From contig NW_025766625.1 of the NCBI RefSeq assembly GCF_003918875.1, positions 62,001-126,000 on the forward strand: a stretch of DNA of 64,000 bases, read 5' to 3'. The stretch comes from Haliotis rubra. Its lineage: Eukaryota. Both the position numbers and the translations under genes were made by a program. Positions 39,501-54,500 of the stretch are shown here, piece by piece. A model generated the notes under the pieces. It searched no databases. It was not told the DNA's origin and worked only from the letters and a program-made list of their open reading frames with translations. Positions within the stretch are counted from its first letter, which is position 1. Each line of letters begins with the position of its first letter.

Positions 39501-42500
39501 CCATGGCTGTAGAGTTCACCAGCTGCTTCCTACGACCAGCTGAAGCTGTGCTGGTATTGGTTGGACGCAGACAGGGATCAGCCACTGCAACAACCTTAAC
39601 CTTTAACCTTCGAACACAAATTGATAACATCACACCCAAGGTACATTTGTGTAGAATTTGCTGCTGATTATTTAAATATTTTCTCAATGCTATCATTATA
39701 TAATCTGATTGCAGTATAAGCTGTTCATCTCCTCAATGCATATTCAGTTGGTTTTCTCAAAATATTTGCTTGCTTCTTTTAATACTTTCAATACCTTATT
39801 TACCCATTCCTTATCTAGTCATATTTTTATCTTATATCCAAACTTAGTGATTTTTAGTGAATAATGTGTGTTAATCATAATTCTAACACTTCTGTCTAGC
39901 TGAAAATCTTGTCTGTCTTAATTAGCATGCATGATACAGTACCAATGCCTCTGCTTACAGACTTCAAGCAACTGTGAGGTATATGGTTTGTTTTGATAAT
40001 CTTGTGGTTTGTTTGACTAACTCTTACTAACTGAGTGCTGCTGTTGCTTTCCTGTTCTGAGATTAATTAACTTATCTAATCCGTGATCTTTTCAGGGTCC
40101 ACTTGCACAAAAGGATCTAACACTGACTTTCCGCAGTTGTAGGTCTAACAAAGCTTTGTGCATGTGGGCCCTGGGCCCTTTCTCACAAAGCTGTTGCAGC
40201 ACAAAGACTGGCTTCAGTAGATGTTAAGCTTTTGAAGCTGCAACTATTGTAGGCCAATGACTGGTTTGTTCACGTATGGTTAAGTGATGTCTATCACGTG
40301 ACATGACATATCAGTGCAGTTGACAATATACACACAGGATTATCTACCCCTGTGTTAAGATTCTTCAGTTCCCTTTCGGTTTTACTCTGATTTTGGAATG
40401 TATTATTTTCCCGTCCGCCCAGGTCAGGTCTGAATTTCCCATTTCACTATGGCTCCTTTTCAATTTAAACTTTACCTTGACAAATGTGTCTCTGTTCATT
40501 CACCGCACTTCATATGGCACCAACTAGACAACGTCACAAAAAATGTTTGGATTTTTTAAATATATGTACATTGAGTTTGTTGTTGCCCCTGCTGACAGAG
40601 ACGGGCTTGAAGGTAAGTGGGACAGTATTTCTACTGTATGTGCTCTTGGCCCAATCACTCACTAGCTGTCTTCTCTGTTCGTGTTTCACTGGCTACCTTA
40701 TTTGTCAGGTTGGAATAGAGACAGTAACCGATTTTTACCACTTGGTGATGTAGGTCCCTGATAACCCATGATTGCCACATGTCCCCAGTTGCCACTACTG
40801 GACACAATAGGTCCCTGATAACCCATGATTGCCACAAGTCCCCAGTTGCCACTACAGGACACAATGGGTCCCAGATAACCCATGAATGTCCCAAGTTCCC
40901 AGTTGCCAAAAGTGGACACAATAGGTCCCAGATAACCCATGATTGCCACAAGTCCCCAGTTGCCACTACTGGACACAATAGGTCCCAGATAACCCATGAA
41001 TGTCCCAAGTCCCCAGTGGCCACTACTGAACACAATAGGTCCCAGATAACCCATGATTGCCACAAGTCCCCAGTTGCCACTACTGGACACAATAGGTCCC
41101 AGATAACCCATGATTGCCACAAGTCCCCAGTTGCCACTACAGGACACAATAGGTCCCTGATAACCCATGATTGCCACAAGTCCCCAGTTGCCACTACTAA
41201 ACACAATAGGTCCCAGATAACCCATGAATGTCCAAAGTCCCGAGTTGCCACTACTGAACACAATAGGTCCCAGATAACCCATGATTGCCACAAGTCCCCA
41301 GTTGCCACTACTGGACACAATATGTCCCAGATAACCCATGATTGCCACAAGTCCCCAGTTGCCACTACTGAACACAATAGGTCCCAGATAACCCATGATT
41401 GCCACAAGTCCCCAGTTGCCACTACTGGACACAATAGGTCCCAGATAACCCATGATTGCCACAAGTCCCCAGTTGCCACTACTGAACACAATAGGTCCCA
41501 GATAACCCATGATTGCCACAAGTCCCCAGTTGCCACTACTGAACACAATAGGTCCCTGATAACCCATGATTGCCACAAGTCCCCAGTTGCCACTACTGAA
41601 CACAATAGGTCCCTGATAACCCATGATTGCCACAAGTCCCCCAGTTGCCACTACTGAACACAATAGGTCCCTGATAACCCATGATTGCCACAAGTCCCCA
41701 GTTGCCACTACTGAACACAATAGGTCCCTGATAACCCATGATTGCCACAAGTCCCCAGTTGCCACTACTGAACACAATAGGTCCCTGATAACCCATGATT
41801 GCCACAAGTCCCCAGTTGCCACTACTGAACACAATAGGTCCCCTGATAACCCATGATTGCCACAAGTCCCCAGTTGCCACTACTGAACACAATAGGTCCC
41901 TGATAACCCATGATTGCCACAAGTCCCCAGTTGCCACTACTGAACACAATAGGTCCCTGATAACCCATGATTGCCACAAGTCCCCAGTTGCCACTACTGG
42001 ACACAATAGGTCCCTGATAACCCATGATTGTCACAAGTCCCCAGTTGCCACTACTGAACACAATAGGTCCCTGATAACCCATGATTGCCACAAGTCCCCA
42101 GTTGCCACTACTGAACACAATAGGTCCCTGATAACCCATGATTGCCACAAGTCCCCAGTTGCCACTACAGGACACAATAGGTCCCAGATAACCCATGATT
42201 GCCACAAGTCCCCAGTTGCCACTACTGAACACAATAGGTCCCAGATAACCCATCATTGCCACATGTCCCCAGTTGCCACAATAGCAGTCTAAGTAAACTT
42301 AGGCTCAATATTATTTGTTACATTGCTGTACTGAGTCTAAAAAACCCTAGTAGAAGGTCACGTCAGCTAATCTTTGAGCGACCTATGACCGTCCAATCAA
42401 ACTCGAGACGGACGAACGCATTTAACCGATCAGACAACAGCTACTATTTAAGGTTTCAGTGGGACTTACAAAACGGTTTTGGATTTTTTCTCCCCGGTCG

Positions 42501-45500
42501 CTGACACAGATTTCTCAACAAACGAACATCCACATAAAACACAGATATTTGATCTGCAGTATATACACTTAGGGGTTTCTGATGACATGGTTAGGGTTAG
42601 CTTATATTTCCGCAAAATCACCTCCTGGAATATTGACAAAAATGCTATATTCAGCGACTGTTTACTCATTGTGTATCACTCGTAAGCGATCATGCGGATA
42701 AAAGCACTCGGAATCGTGTGTTTTCGAAGTAAAAGTTCAAATGGTATGTGCGAATGTTACTTTTGCAATTTGTTATGCTGCGTTCTGATTGGTCAATTCA
42801 AAAGGTTAGCTGACGACCTTCTACTAGGGTTTGTCAGACTCAGTATAGAGTTTAGAGTTTACTTAGACTGAACACAATAGGTCCCTGATAGCTCATGATT
42901 GTCACTAGTCAAAAGTTGCCCTGATTGTGCACACAAAAGCCCCCAACAAGCCATGCTAATGTCACAAGTCCACAGTCAATGTCACTGACTGCTTATTGTG
43001 GATGTAATTTTTTTAGTTATAAAACTGTGAACTGCTGGATTGTCTGCACCAGACCACTGTGATTGGACAATCAGACATCGGTATTTATTCAGTATGATGA
43101 CACACAGCCTGTTCACTCAGTACAACCAGATAAGCTGCTGCTGTCGATGGCATTACTGAACATGACATACTTGATGTGATGGAGGAGGCTGTGTCCTGCA
43201 GTAATAAAGCAATGCACGACTGTATTGCCTTACTGTTATTGTACAACATGCCGTCCAGGTTCACTCAGTACAACCAGATAAGCTGCTGCTGTCGATGGCG
43301 TTACTGAACATGACATACTTGATGTGATGGAGGAGGCTGTGTCCTGCAGTAATGCACCGACTGTACTGCCTTACTGTTATTGTACAACATGCCGTCCAGG
43401 GTCACTCAGTACAACCAGATAAGTTGCTGCTGTCGATGGCGTTACTGAACATGACATACTTGATGTGATGGAGGAGGCTGTGTCCTGCAGTAATGCACCG
43501 ACTGTACTGCCTTACTGTTATTGTACAACATGCCGTCCAGGGTCACTCAGTACAACCAGATAAGCTGCTGCTGCTGTCGATGTCCGCGTTACTGAACATG
43601 ACATACTTGATGTGATGGAGGAGGGTGTGTCCTGCAGTGAGACACTCTAAAGCAATGCACTGACTGTACTGCCTTACTGTTATTGTACAACATGCCGTCC
43701 AGGGTCACTCAGTACAACCAGATAAGCTGCTGCTGTCGCGTATGCTTACTGAACATGACATACTTGATGTGATGGAGGAGGGTGTGTCCTGCAGTGAGAC
43801 ACTCTAAAGCAATGCACTGACTGTACTGCCTTACTGTTATTGTACAACATGCCGTCCAGGGTCACTCAGTACAACCAGATAAGCTGCTGCTGTCGATGGC
43901 GTTACTGAACATGACATACTTGATGTGATGGAGGAGGCTGTGTCCTGCAGTAATGCACCGACTGTACTGCCTTACTGTTATTGTACAACATGCCGTCCAG
44001 GGTCACTCAGTACAACCAGATAAGTTGCTGCTGTCGAGCAATAAACCAGATATGGCTGACATACTTACTGACATGACATACTTGATGTCCTGGAGGCTGT
44101 GTCCTGCAGTAATGCACCGACTGTACTGCCTTACTGTTATTGTACAACATGCCGTCCAGGGTCACTCAGTACAACCAGATAAGCTGCTGCTGTCGATGGC
44201 GTTACTGAACATGACATACTTGATGTGATGGAGGAGGGTGTGTCCTGCAGTGAGACACTCTAAAGCAATGCACCGACTGTACTGCCTTACTGTTATTGTA
44301 CAACATGCCGTCCAGGTTCACTCAGTACAACCAGATAAGTTGCTGCTGTCGATGGCGTGTTTCTGAACATGACATACTTGATGTGATGGAGGAGGCTGTG
44401 TCCTGCAGTGAGACACTCTAAAGCAATGCACCGACTGTACTGCCTTACTGTTATTGTACAACATGCCGTCCAGGTTCACTCAGTACTCACAGCATGCTAT
44501 GCACACAATACCTGTAGGGAAATACCTGTTCGTATCACATAGCCGCAGTCAATGCACAGGAAGCATGCATAAGTTCAAACTGTTGTCTTATTGAAAATCA
44601 CTGCCCTAGTTTAAATTTAATTGATAGGTTAATATTCAAACTGTAGTTTTAAGTAATCTTTCCTATATTGAATAAAGTTTATTATGCCAATGTATTAAGG
44701 GACTGTTCATAATTTATGGCTAGAGTTGGTGATGATGATTTTAAGGGGAGTCATCCATTTTGTTCTGGTGAGGTTGTGTGTCATGTTGTATGTCTAGGGG
44801 TCACCTTTCTTTGTACATGACAAGTGTGTGTGTGGGGGTGGGGTGGGGTCCACTTTCTTTGTACATAATTTTTTTTATTTATATTTTTATTTTTATTTTT
44901 ATTTATTTATTTATATTTCCATATTTTTTGGGGGCATATTGTACATACTTCTCCATATAAAACATCATCACCTCGCTTGCCATAAATTATGAACGGTCCT
45001 TACAGACCACTAATTACAGGGTATAGTTTTCATTACAATACACAATTTGCTTTCCTTTGTATGTCCAGCATAGTATTTGATCTAATACTACACTAATGAA
45101 CTGACGCTGTGACAATGTTTGCACCAGCATGGTACTTTAATGTGTCTGTTCTTGTCTAGCAGTGGAGTTAGAGAATCTCACAACAGTGTCTTTTGATACC
45201 AAATGCATCAGCATGGATCAAGGAAAGTTGAAAACACTGTGGCTTCCTGAGGGGTTTTAGTAATTTATCAAAGATTGTTGATCTATTTAATATCAAAAGG
45301 ACACAAGAGTAAGATTCTATTTACAATCTGAAATCCCACTTACAATTTTTTTTCAGTTTGTAATTTTTACAGTTATGATCTGGAGTGTACAAAGTACAAC
45401 TGACCAGCTTAGTGGCTGAGAGTATAGTGATATCAGTTGAATGTGATGCCAATTGATTGTGAAGCCAAAGTGAACAATGACATGAGAATGGTCTTCCAAG

Positions 45501-48500
45501 CATTATGATGCAATATCACTGAAGCTGCATCTCCTAGGTTCCAGTAGGTTCCAGTAGGTTCCAGTAGGTTCCAGTAGGTTCCCAGCAACCTGGCCATAGG
45601 ACTCAACATAATGGTTCAAGTTTTGAAAGACTGAGTGGATCGTTACCACAAACATCAATCACTGGATTGTGTGACCCAGACTCAGATATTTACAGACTGC
45701 TGTCATATATTGGAATATTACTGAGTGCATCATTAAACAAACACAAACACTGATTCCGTAGCAGTCAGTTGCTGTATAACCCTGTTTGTATTACAGTCCA
45801 CAGTCAAGGTAGAGTCTCCATGTTACGAGCTAGAACGCATCCTGCTAGACGTCACCAACCCATTTGACGAAGGAGCCGAGTTTCGCATCATCCTAGTGGA
45901 AGCAAGCAATGATGCGGCACTGGACCCAAGTAAACCCACTGCCCTCATGAGACCCAAGGAAAAGAAAAAGAAGGTGATCAAGTCCAAGGTGAACCATGGA
46001 CAGAAGCGACCTGATACACCACCTTCTTCACCTACTGTTAAGCCTGGAGAGACTGCAGAGATCATTGATGCACAGAAAGGTTTGCTTGTTTCTCTGACTT
46101 GTACCATAACAACCTCCATGACAATTTACCAGGTTTAACTTAGGTAGATTACCATTTTGTCTGTGTTATCCCAGTTCTAATTGAGAACCATTAATTACTA
46201 TTGTTCCCCTTAGGGCAGCAGTTTTATTTGTTGTGTTTCTCATCGCCCGACCGATCCTTCTAATTTTATTGCCGACGACCCCAAAAATTTTCTTTCTTTT
46301 TTCATTCCAACACCGCTGACTTGAACCTAAAACATACCGCCTCATCATATAAAATGGTTATATACAAGTATCTAAAATGTTTTAATCAGTCGCTGCCACA
46401 AGTCCAACGAATGTGAGAAAGTGTAATAAGAATTACAATAAATGAGATTCAAGAACATTATTTGGATAATTTTGTCTTAATAAGTGGGTTTTTTTAGTTT
46501 TCCCCGACCGACCAACCCATGTTCAGAATTTGGTGGCTATGTGAAACACATAAAAAAAAGATGCCCTTTCTGATGCTCATTCACTTACTCCAACCTGTTT
46601 TTCTTCTATCCTGCTGCTATCCTTGATGAACGGCTGTATGTGTTCCAGAGGGATCTTCCTCCTCCCTCAGTGCCTTCTTCAGCCCCATGAAGACAGTGTA
46701 TCTGGACCCACATGCAACGGCAGAAGTCGAAATCCAGTTCCTGCCGTTTGCTGTAGGAGAACGTCAGTGTTCTGTGATTTTTCTTAATGAGACTGTAGGA
46801 GAGTTCCTGTACTCCATTGAAGCCAAGGCCAAGCTGCCTCTCCCTTCCATCCTGCCTTTTGTCCCCTCCAACCACAGCGTCAGGATCAGCAGTGCTGCTG
46901 CAGCAGGTATGTACAGTACAACATCGTTTTCACCAGCAGGTGTTTCAGTCGTGTTCATATTATGCTTATATCTATTGCCTGTGTTTCTGAGGTCAAAGTA
47001 CCCCATTTTGTGACTTGTCACCCTTTGGCAGAAATACTGCCAATTCAAATTTAAGTCAGTATTGTGTGAATTCACCCCCAACGTGGAATGGAAGGGTTAG
47101 ATTAAAAGCTGTGAGTCTCTGTGTGGGATAGTGGTCATTGTATGAGCAATATGTCAGGGCAATGAGTATTTGTCCCTGCCATCCCTGTTTTTGGACACCA
47201 TTGTATCATCTTGCTGAGAGAGACTACACTTTCACATCCGTCTCACTCCGTTGGTCAGCAGTATGTGCTAATCTGATCAACATGCGACCTTTAGAGTTTG
47301 CAACTTGAGTCAAGCAAATTTATGTTTGGTGTCGACAGCTAATAATCATTTATATAATAAATAATCACTAAAATCTATTGGAAATGTTGCTAAGAGCCCG
47401 GGCCCTGTTCTTCAAAGTGATCATAGTGTATGTTAAAGTATGGGTGTTATGATTTCCTTGGCTGTACGATCACTTTGTGAAACGGGACCAAGTTGGAGCT
47501 AGTTGACTCAAAGTATGTGACACGCGAAGCCTTTATAAACACATGCCAGAGTCCCATCCTTACAGTTAAACATTTGGGTGGCTGCAGGTTCCGGGCGAGG
47601 TATGTTTGGTGGAGACGACCGGGTGATATACTGGAAGTGTGAGGCTGGTCAGACATTGAAGGAGAACCTGTTGATCCCCGTCACCAACATGTCCAAGGAG
47701 AGAAGTCTCACCCTCGCTGCCCAACAGGTGAGTCCTGCTCTCCACCATCACTGACCACTTCATTGCCATGGTAACATATGGTTTTCTTGGGTAAATGCAC
47801 ATTGTACAGGGTTAGAATTAACACAAACACCAGGGAAAAGATAGCATACCTTTGTAATATCAAAACCATTTGGAAATTGGGCTAGCAGACAAGTGTTGGT
47901 TTCTAACCCTGTTGTTCTGGTAACATATGGTTGTCTTGTTAACACATATTGTTGCAATGTTAACACATACTGTAGTCATGGTTACATATATTGTTGTCAT
48001 GGTAACAGTATTCATGCAGACTGAGTTGATTCTAAATAGTTTCACCACACTAAAGATGACCTTTTCACCTAAGTGTTGAACTGTGGCACATCACCTGCCT
48101 AGCAACAAGAAGCACTGTTCACACAGCACCACTAACAACTCCATGCAGAATCAGTTATTCTTGTTTCTCTGATCAGACAGAAATTTGAGGACAAAGTTTC
48201 TAGAAGTCATGTGTTTTTTCTAGTACATCTTAGGTAATGGAGAAATAGTGTATGTTGTAGAGATGTACTGGAAATAACATCAAGGTATACAGATCCTCAG
48301 TACTGAGACCTTATACACATTTGACAACACCGTGCATGTTATGTCTAGTAGTCCTTCAGATATATAGTAGTGGTGGGGTTTATCATTCGTCACCACTCGC
48401 CTCTTCCTGTAACCTCCAAGAAGACTCGTCCCCCACTCGATGCTTGTTATGTGCGAAAATACGACAAACCAATCAGAATGCCCGTAAATGACTGCGGTGC

Positions 48501-51500
48501 TTTGGTAAAAATAATCCTGAGTACTTAAATCGTTTATGGCATTATGTCATTGTTTAAAAAAATCATGAAAAATATATATCGCCATATTGAAAGTACAAAG
48601 AACTTAGCTAACAGGATATTGCTGCCTATTATGAAGTTTTTGATAAGAATCATGCGATTGACGGTGAGAGATTCAAATACACGCACGTTTTTGACATAAC
48701 GTCTCTCATGGGTCCAACTGAGGGTATTTCTGACGATCTTGCAGGCTTGCTATGGAGATTGTACATGCGCTTCCAACAAGTTGAGGAAATGTAATTATAA
48801 ATCGCTACGAGTTTCAAAACAATAATATTAGACTTATATCTGTATGCTACTAATCGACTTTAATCTTTAACATTGGGCATATATTTCACATCACTGGGAA
48901 TATTTTAATCTGACTTTGTTTTTGGTCATTCATATGTTTTTCCGCGAATTCATTAAAAATTCCACCTGGGATATGACAGCAAGGTTACACAAATGTTTAG
49001 TTTGAGAAATATTTTAAAGTCATTTTGAGTTTCTGCTTTGGGATTTAATGTAGCTTTTATAAATTCTATTTACATATTTAATAAAACAAATCCCTATGGT
49101 GATTATCAAACCCTATTTAGAAATATACTTGGAAATATAAGGTGAACATCTGGTAATAATTACATCAGAATAAGTCTGTAACAAATAAGTTTTTCTCCTT
49201 CTTTTAGTTGTATCAAAAAGGTTTAATTCTTTGAAAACATAAACAGCAATACAATGTATGATTACTTCGGTGATATTAAGTACCATTGGAATCAAACAAG
49301 AATAGAGTTATCGTTCCTGTTTGAAGTAGGTCTGATGTTCATGCGCCAATATGAAATCCTTCCAGAGGGGCACGAGTAGCTATTCGGCTTGTCCCGAATA
49401 ACATGAGTTGGTCACGAATGAGGGTTTATGTGAGAATATCCAGAGAATAAAATGAAAATGAATAATTGTACCTCTGTATTTTTTATCTATTTTGCATTTT
49501 CTTTTCTGGCTCTATAGATTTTGTAGCGAAATCTGATAAGAATACAAAATGTGTACATTTTTTTAACAAACAACATTTGATAAAATAGTATTTAAAAAGT
49601 TAACAGCATTGTTCCATGATATTGTTCTATATGTTTTTGGTTTATTTATCCATTAAAGAATGATTGTGCAAATGCATGTAAGTGTAAACTACTTTTTTAC
49701 TGATTGTGCTTTTTGCTTAATTTGGTTGCTTCAGTAAAATGAAACATTACAAAAGAGATATCTCGTGATTAGTTATATGCAGGTGCCCCTGTAGAAGACA
49801 AAACAAAGGTTATTATCTGTATTGGAAATGTGCTCCACCTGTATGGTGATCAGCTGTTCAGTGCTCCACCTGTATTTACCTGCCCCAGTACCAGGAATCT
49901 GTTGTATCTGTTTATCTGTTGTATCATCTGATCAGTCATGGAGTTGGGAGTAACCAGTTTGTTTTTCCACCAGCACATGTCAGACGTGGAGTTGCAACGC
50001 CGTCACGTGACCAACACGTTGATGAGTTGTAGCGTGACCGCCAAGACAGTCAAGAAGTTGTCCACTAACCCAGTCTCTGCTGTCCAACAAGCTAAGGTAG
50101 ATGTGGTTGTAGATGTAGAGGTAGATGTGGTTGAAGATGTGGTTGTAGATGTAGAGGTAGATGTAGAGGTAGATCCAGGGGTGGTTGTAGATGTAGAGGT
50201 AGATGTAGAGGTAGATCCAGGGGTGGTTGTAGATGTAGAGGTAGATGTGGTTGAAGATGTAGAGGTAGATCTAGAGGTAGTTGTAGATGTGGTTGTAGAT
50301 GTAGAGGTAGATCCAGGGGTGGTTGTAGATGTAGAGGTAGATGTAGAGGTAGATCCAGGGGTGGTTGTAGATGTAGAGGTAGATCCAGGGGTGGTTGTAG
50401 ATGTAGAGGTAGATGTGGTTGAAGATGTAGAGGTAGATCTAGAGGTAGTTGTAGATGTGGTTGTAGATGTAGAGGTAGATCCAGGGGTGGTTGTAGATGT
50501 AGAGATAGATGTAGAGGTAGATCCAGGGGTGGTTGTAGATGTGGTTGTAGATGTAGAGGTAGATCCAGGGGTGGTTGTAGATGTGGTTGTAGATGTAGAG
50601 GTAGATCCAGGGGTGGTTGTAGATGTAGAGATAGATGTAGAGGTAGATCCAGGGGTGTAGATTGTAGATGTAGAGGTAGATCCAGGGGTTGTAGATGTAG
50701 AGGTAGATCCAGGGGTGGTTGTAGATGTGGTTGTAGAGGTAGATCCAGGGGTGGTTGTAGATGTGGTTGTAGATGTAGAGGTAGATCCAGGGGTGGTTGT
50801 AGATGTGGTTGTAGATGTAGAGGTAGATCCAGGGGTGGTTGTAGATGTGGTTGTAGATGTAGAGGTAGATCCAGGGGTGGTTGTAGATGTAGAGGTAGAT
50901 CCAGGGGTGGTTGTAGATGTGGTTGTAGATGTAGAGGTAGATCCAGGGGTGGTTGTAGATGTGGTTGTAGATGTAGAGGTAGATCCAGGGGTGGTTGTAG
51001 ATGTAGAGGTAGATCCAGGGGTGGTTGTAGATGGGGAGGGAAAATAATGGTTAAGTCATCAATAGAGAAGTTACCATTGGATTAGTCAGAGATATAGTGA
51101 TCAGAAGTGGTACATACTGGTAAACCTTAAATTCCTAGGGAGAAAAGTACCACTATCAAAGTTGATTGTAAACATTATTACATCCTAATGAAAGTACTTT
51201 TATACCCAGTATTCTCATATTTGAGACAAGGAGAACCTAAACCGAAATAAAACAAGAATTAACAAATTACTGAAAAGAACAAAGCTTCTATGACTTACTC
51301 TGTAGCCGGTACTAACATGATGTGCCCCTCCTACAGACTCTCCCCCCAGAGGGCATCACCTACACTGTGGAGACGGACTCGGAGTACTTCAAGGTGTCAA
51401 AGAAGCTGACCGTACCAAGTCCTGTTGAAGCTCATGCCAATAGCGCCCCACCAAATGTCCGAGTCCCCAGAGGTATGTAGATCATGTCACATGTAGACAG

Positions 51501-54500
51501 GTGATGACTATGGAAGTGAAGAATTCATAGGTGATGCCTATGTTGTGACAGCTATGTAAGTATTGGCTACCCCTAATGGCTGTGTAAACGATACCCATGC
51601 AAATGATGATCACCTATGTAGGTGATGACTATGTAAGTGATGAATTCATAGGTGATGCCTATGTTGTGACAGCTATGTAAGTATTGGCTATCCTGCTGAT
51701 GGCTGTGTAAGTGATGCCCATGCAAGTGATGATCACCTATGTAGGTGATGACTATGTAAGTGATGAATTCATAGGTGATGCCTATGTTGTGACAGCTATG
51801 TAAGTATTGGCTATCCTGCTGATGGCTTTGTAAGTGATGCCATGCAAGTGATGATCTTGTGAGAAGTATGCCGGTGATGACTACATAGGTGATGGACATG
51901 TACATTATGACTGTGTAGGCAATTACTATACATGTGTGTCTTTGGTTCAGTGTTTATAATCTGTGAAATCACTTTCAGTATCTCCAGGGGTGATATAGTT
52001 TGGCTGCAATCATTAGACAACGTTTACTTTCATGTTGTATGTTGCAAAAGCAGCACCAAGTGTTGTTTGGTTAACAGAATTTCCTGGTTCTGTGTTCAAC
52101 CTCCAGTTTTACACCAATAATAGTTTTACAAGTCAGCACTGCTTTCATGCCTGTAGGTTTCACAAAAGTGTTTTGACAAGAGTGGTATGGCACACATTAT
52201 GTTTGGTTTGCTTTTAAGTAAGGCTGACATGTCAGAACTGTACTAGCAGTCAATGAAAATTCACCCACTCACTTTCATATACTTCATGTTCTGTTCAAAC
52301 ACACACCAATCATCAGAATGTTATATCTAGTTTAAGTGACTACAGCACTCTCATTCTCCATCTTGTTGTGTTTGTCCAGGAGTAAAGCTTGACGATGGTG
52401 TGGTGGGACTTCCCATCACCTTCTTGGCCCACGAGCCAGGCCACTACCCTTGTGAGATTGTACTCCAGTCATCAGAAGATGTGCGCGTCTACCGTATTGA
52501 GTGTACTGTCAACCCTGAGGGCAGCACCGCAGAGCTGGACTTCGCAGCCCCTGTCCACCAGTCGGTCACTCAGATGATTCCAATCGTAAGTCTATAATCT
52601 CATACTATATGTAATTAGGAGTCATTATAGGTCATGGACAAGAATTCTTGTGGATTGTCAGAGATCTGGAGAAGTTTTTATGAATTTAGAGAAATTATTT
52701 TGGTAAGTCTCTCTATGGGCTGATTGGCTATATCATGCTTATTGTTTCATTGTTTGTGAAACAGACCCTTAGCAACAGATGTTGCAACGTCACATCTGTT
52801 GCAAATACTGAAGATCATGGGAGTCACAGTTCCTCATGTCACAACAGATGTATTGACCAGGGTGCCGTTGTACAAAGCGATCTTAGCGCTAAGGTGACCA
52901 TAACTCCCATACCTTAACATAGACTATAGGTAGTCTTAGCGCTAAGGTTGCTTTGTACACCAGCACCCTCCTGGTGCTGATTCATGTGTTCAAGGAGAAT
53001 GAATGTGGGAGATAGGAAGAATAACTAAACAAAAGTGAAGCCCATCACATTACACAAAATTCCTTATGGATTGAAGGTTATTTTCTAAGAAGGGTATCTA
53101 ATGTGGTTTGTTGCTGTTGACCATGTATTTTTATGGCCTGGACACCTGACATTTCTGTCTGTATTTTAGATGAACATGACAAACCATGACTGGCCACTAC
53201 GAGCAAAGATGTCTGGGGAGGGGTTCTTGGTCCCCCTACCATGCTGGCCAAAGCTTTCCAGAGTAGCCACTACCCTCTCACCTTCAAGCCTTTATACGAG
53301 AAGGAGATCCAGGTGAGTTCACAGTGTAGCCACTACCCTCTCACCTTCAAGCCTTTGTACGAGAAGGAGGTGAGGTGAGATGAAATTGGGTTTAACGTCA
53401 GTGCTTGAGAATATTTCGCTCATATGACGATGTACGAGAAGGAGATCCAGGTGGGTACACAGTGTAACGTTAGTTTAGGTCTGAGATACACAAACCAACA
53501 ATGAACCACAACTGTCATGTTTCATTGGCTACAGACATTTAACTCTTCACTCTTTACTTCCTGTTTCCACAGTATTCAGTTATTTTTAGGGTATGTCGCT
53601 ACATGAACCCACTCTTGTGTCCCCCAGGGTAAGCTGGTGTTGAGCAACACGGATGACGGCACAGACCACACTTTCCACCTCCAGGGCCGTGCTACCAAAC
53701 CACTAGCGCTTGAGCACATCGTCATCAACTGCCAGGCCAAGAGCAGGTCAGTTCAGAAAGGATCAGTCTGTATTGTATTAAGTGGCGGAGATACTGTAGT
53801 GTCTTCCCAGGGATTCTGGGTATGAATCGGTCCCTGCGACCTATGACTATTAACCAATTCCCAACACTAGTGAGAGTCAACCAAATGGATTGGGTGGCCA
53901 CACTTGATATCTGTTTCATAGTGTGTCCTTGTACCCCAATGCAGTGGATTGTTGCTGGTAATATCAATCACTGGTTAGTCTAGTACTGAACTGATAATTT
54001 AATGGCTGAAATATAGCTTGCATATCACAGAGTGCATTGTTTAACTCTTTAGTTTGTTTATTTGTCATGCTGAATTGGGAGGTACGATTTGTACAGTCTC
54101 TGATTATTGTGATGCTGGAGTAAGGCTGAATACACCTTCAAGTGTTTCCCATTCCACAAAGCAATCTGATGCTAAGATGATTGTAATGCCCATACTTGCG
54201 ACAATCATAGCAAGAAGATCCCTCTCTTAAACATTACTCCAGACTTTTTTGGTCAATCACTTAATATACAGATTTGATTTGTAAAATGTACCTCCTTGCT
54301 TGCAGCCATGTCCACCAACTGAAGATCCCCAACATGACCAAGAAAAAGCTGATCTACCAGGTAAATGTCACATTCCTTGACAGAAACATAGTAGAAAATA
54401 TGTACATGTTCATTGTCTCATGGTAGTTTATATGCAGTATGTCTCCAGAGTCAGTATGTCCCATGGTAGTTTATATGGGTCAGTATGTCTCATGGTAGTT

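Noticed and set aside
40655-42292. Repetitive ORFs (THDCHKSPVATT etc.)
   Set aside because: Translation of the 57-bp minisatellite, open in several frames on both strands.
43290-43330. Minus-strand MSCSVT in the 141-bp repeat matching MSCSVT in exon 32
   Set aside because: Codons differ (TCA versus AGT/AGC), orientation is opposite and there is no flanking similarity; coincidence.
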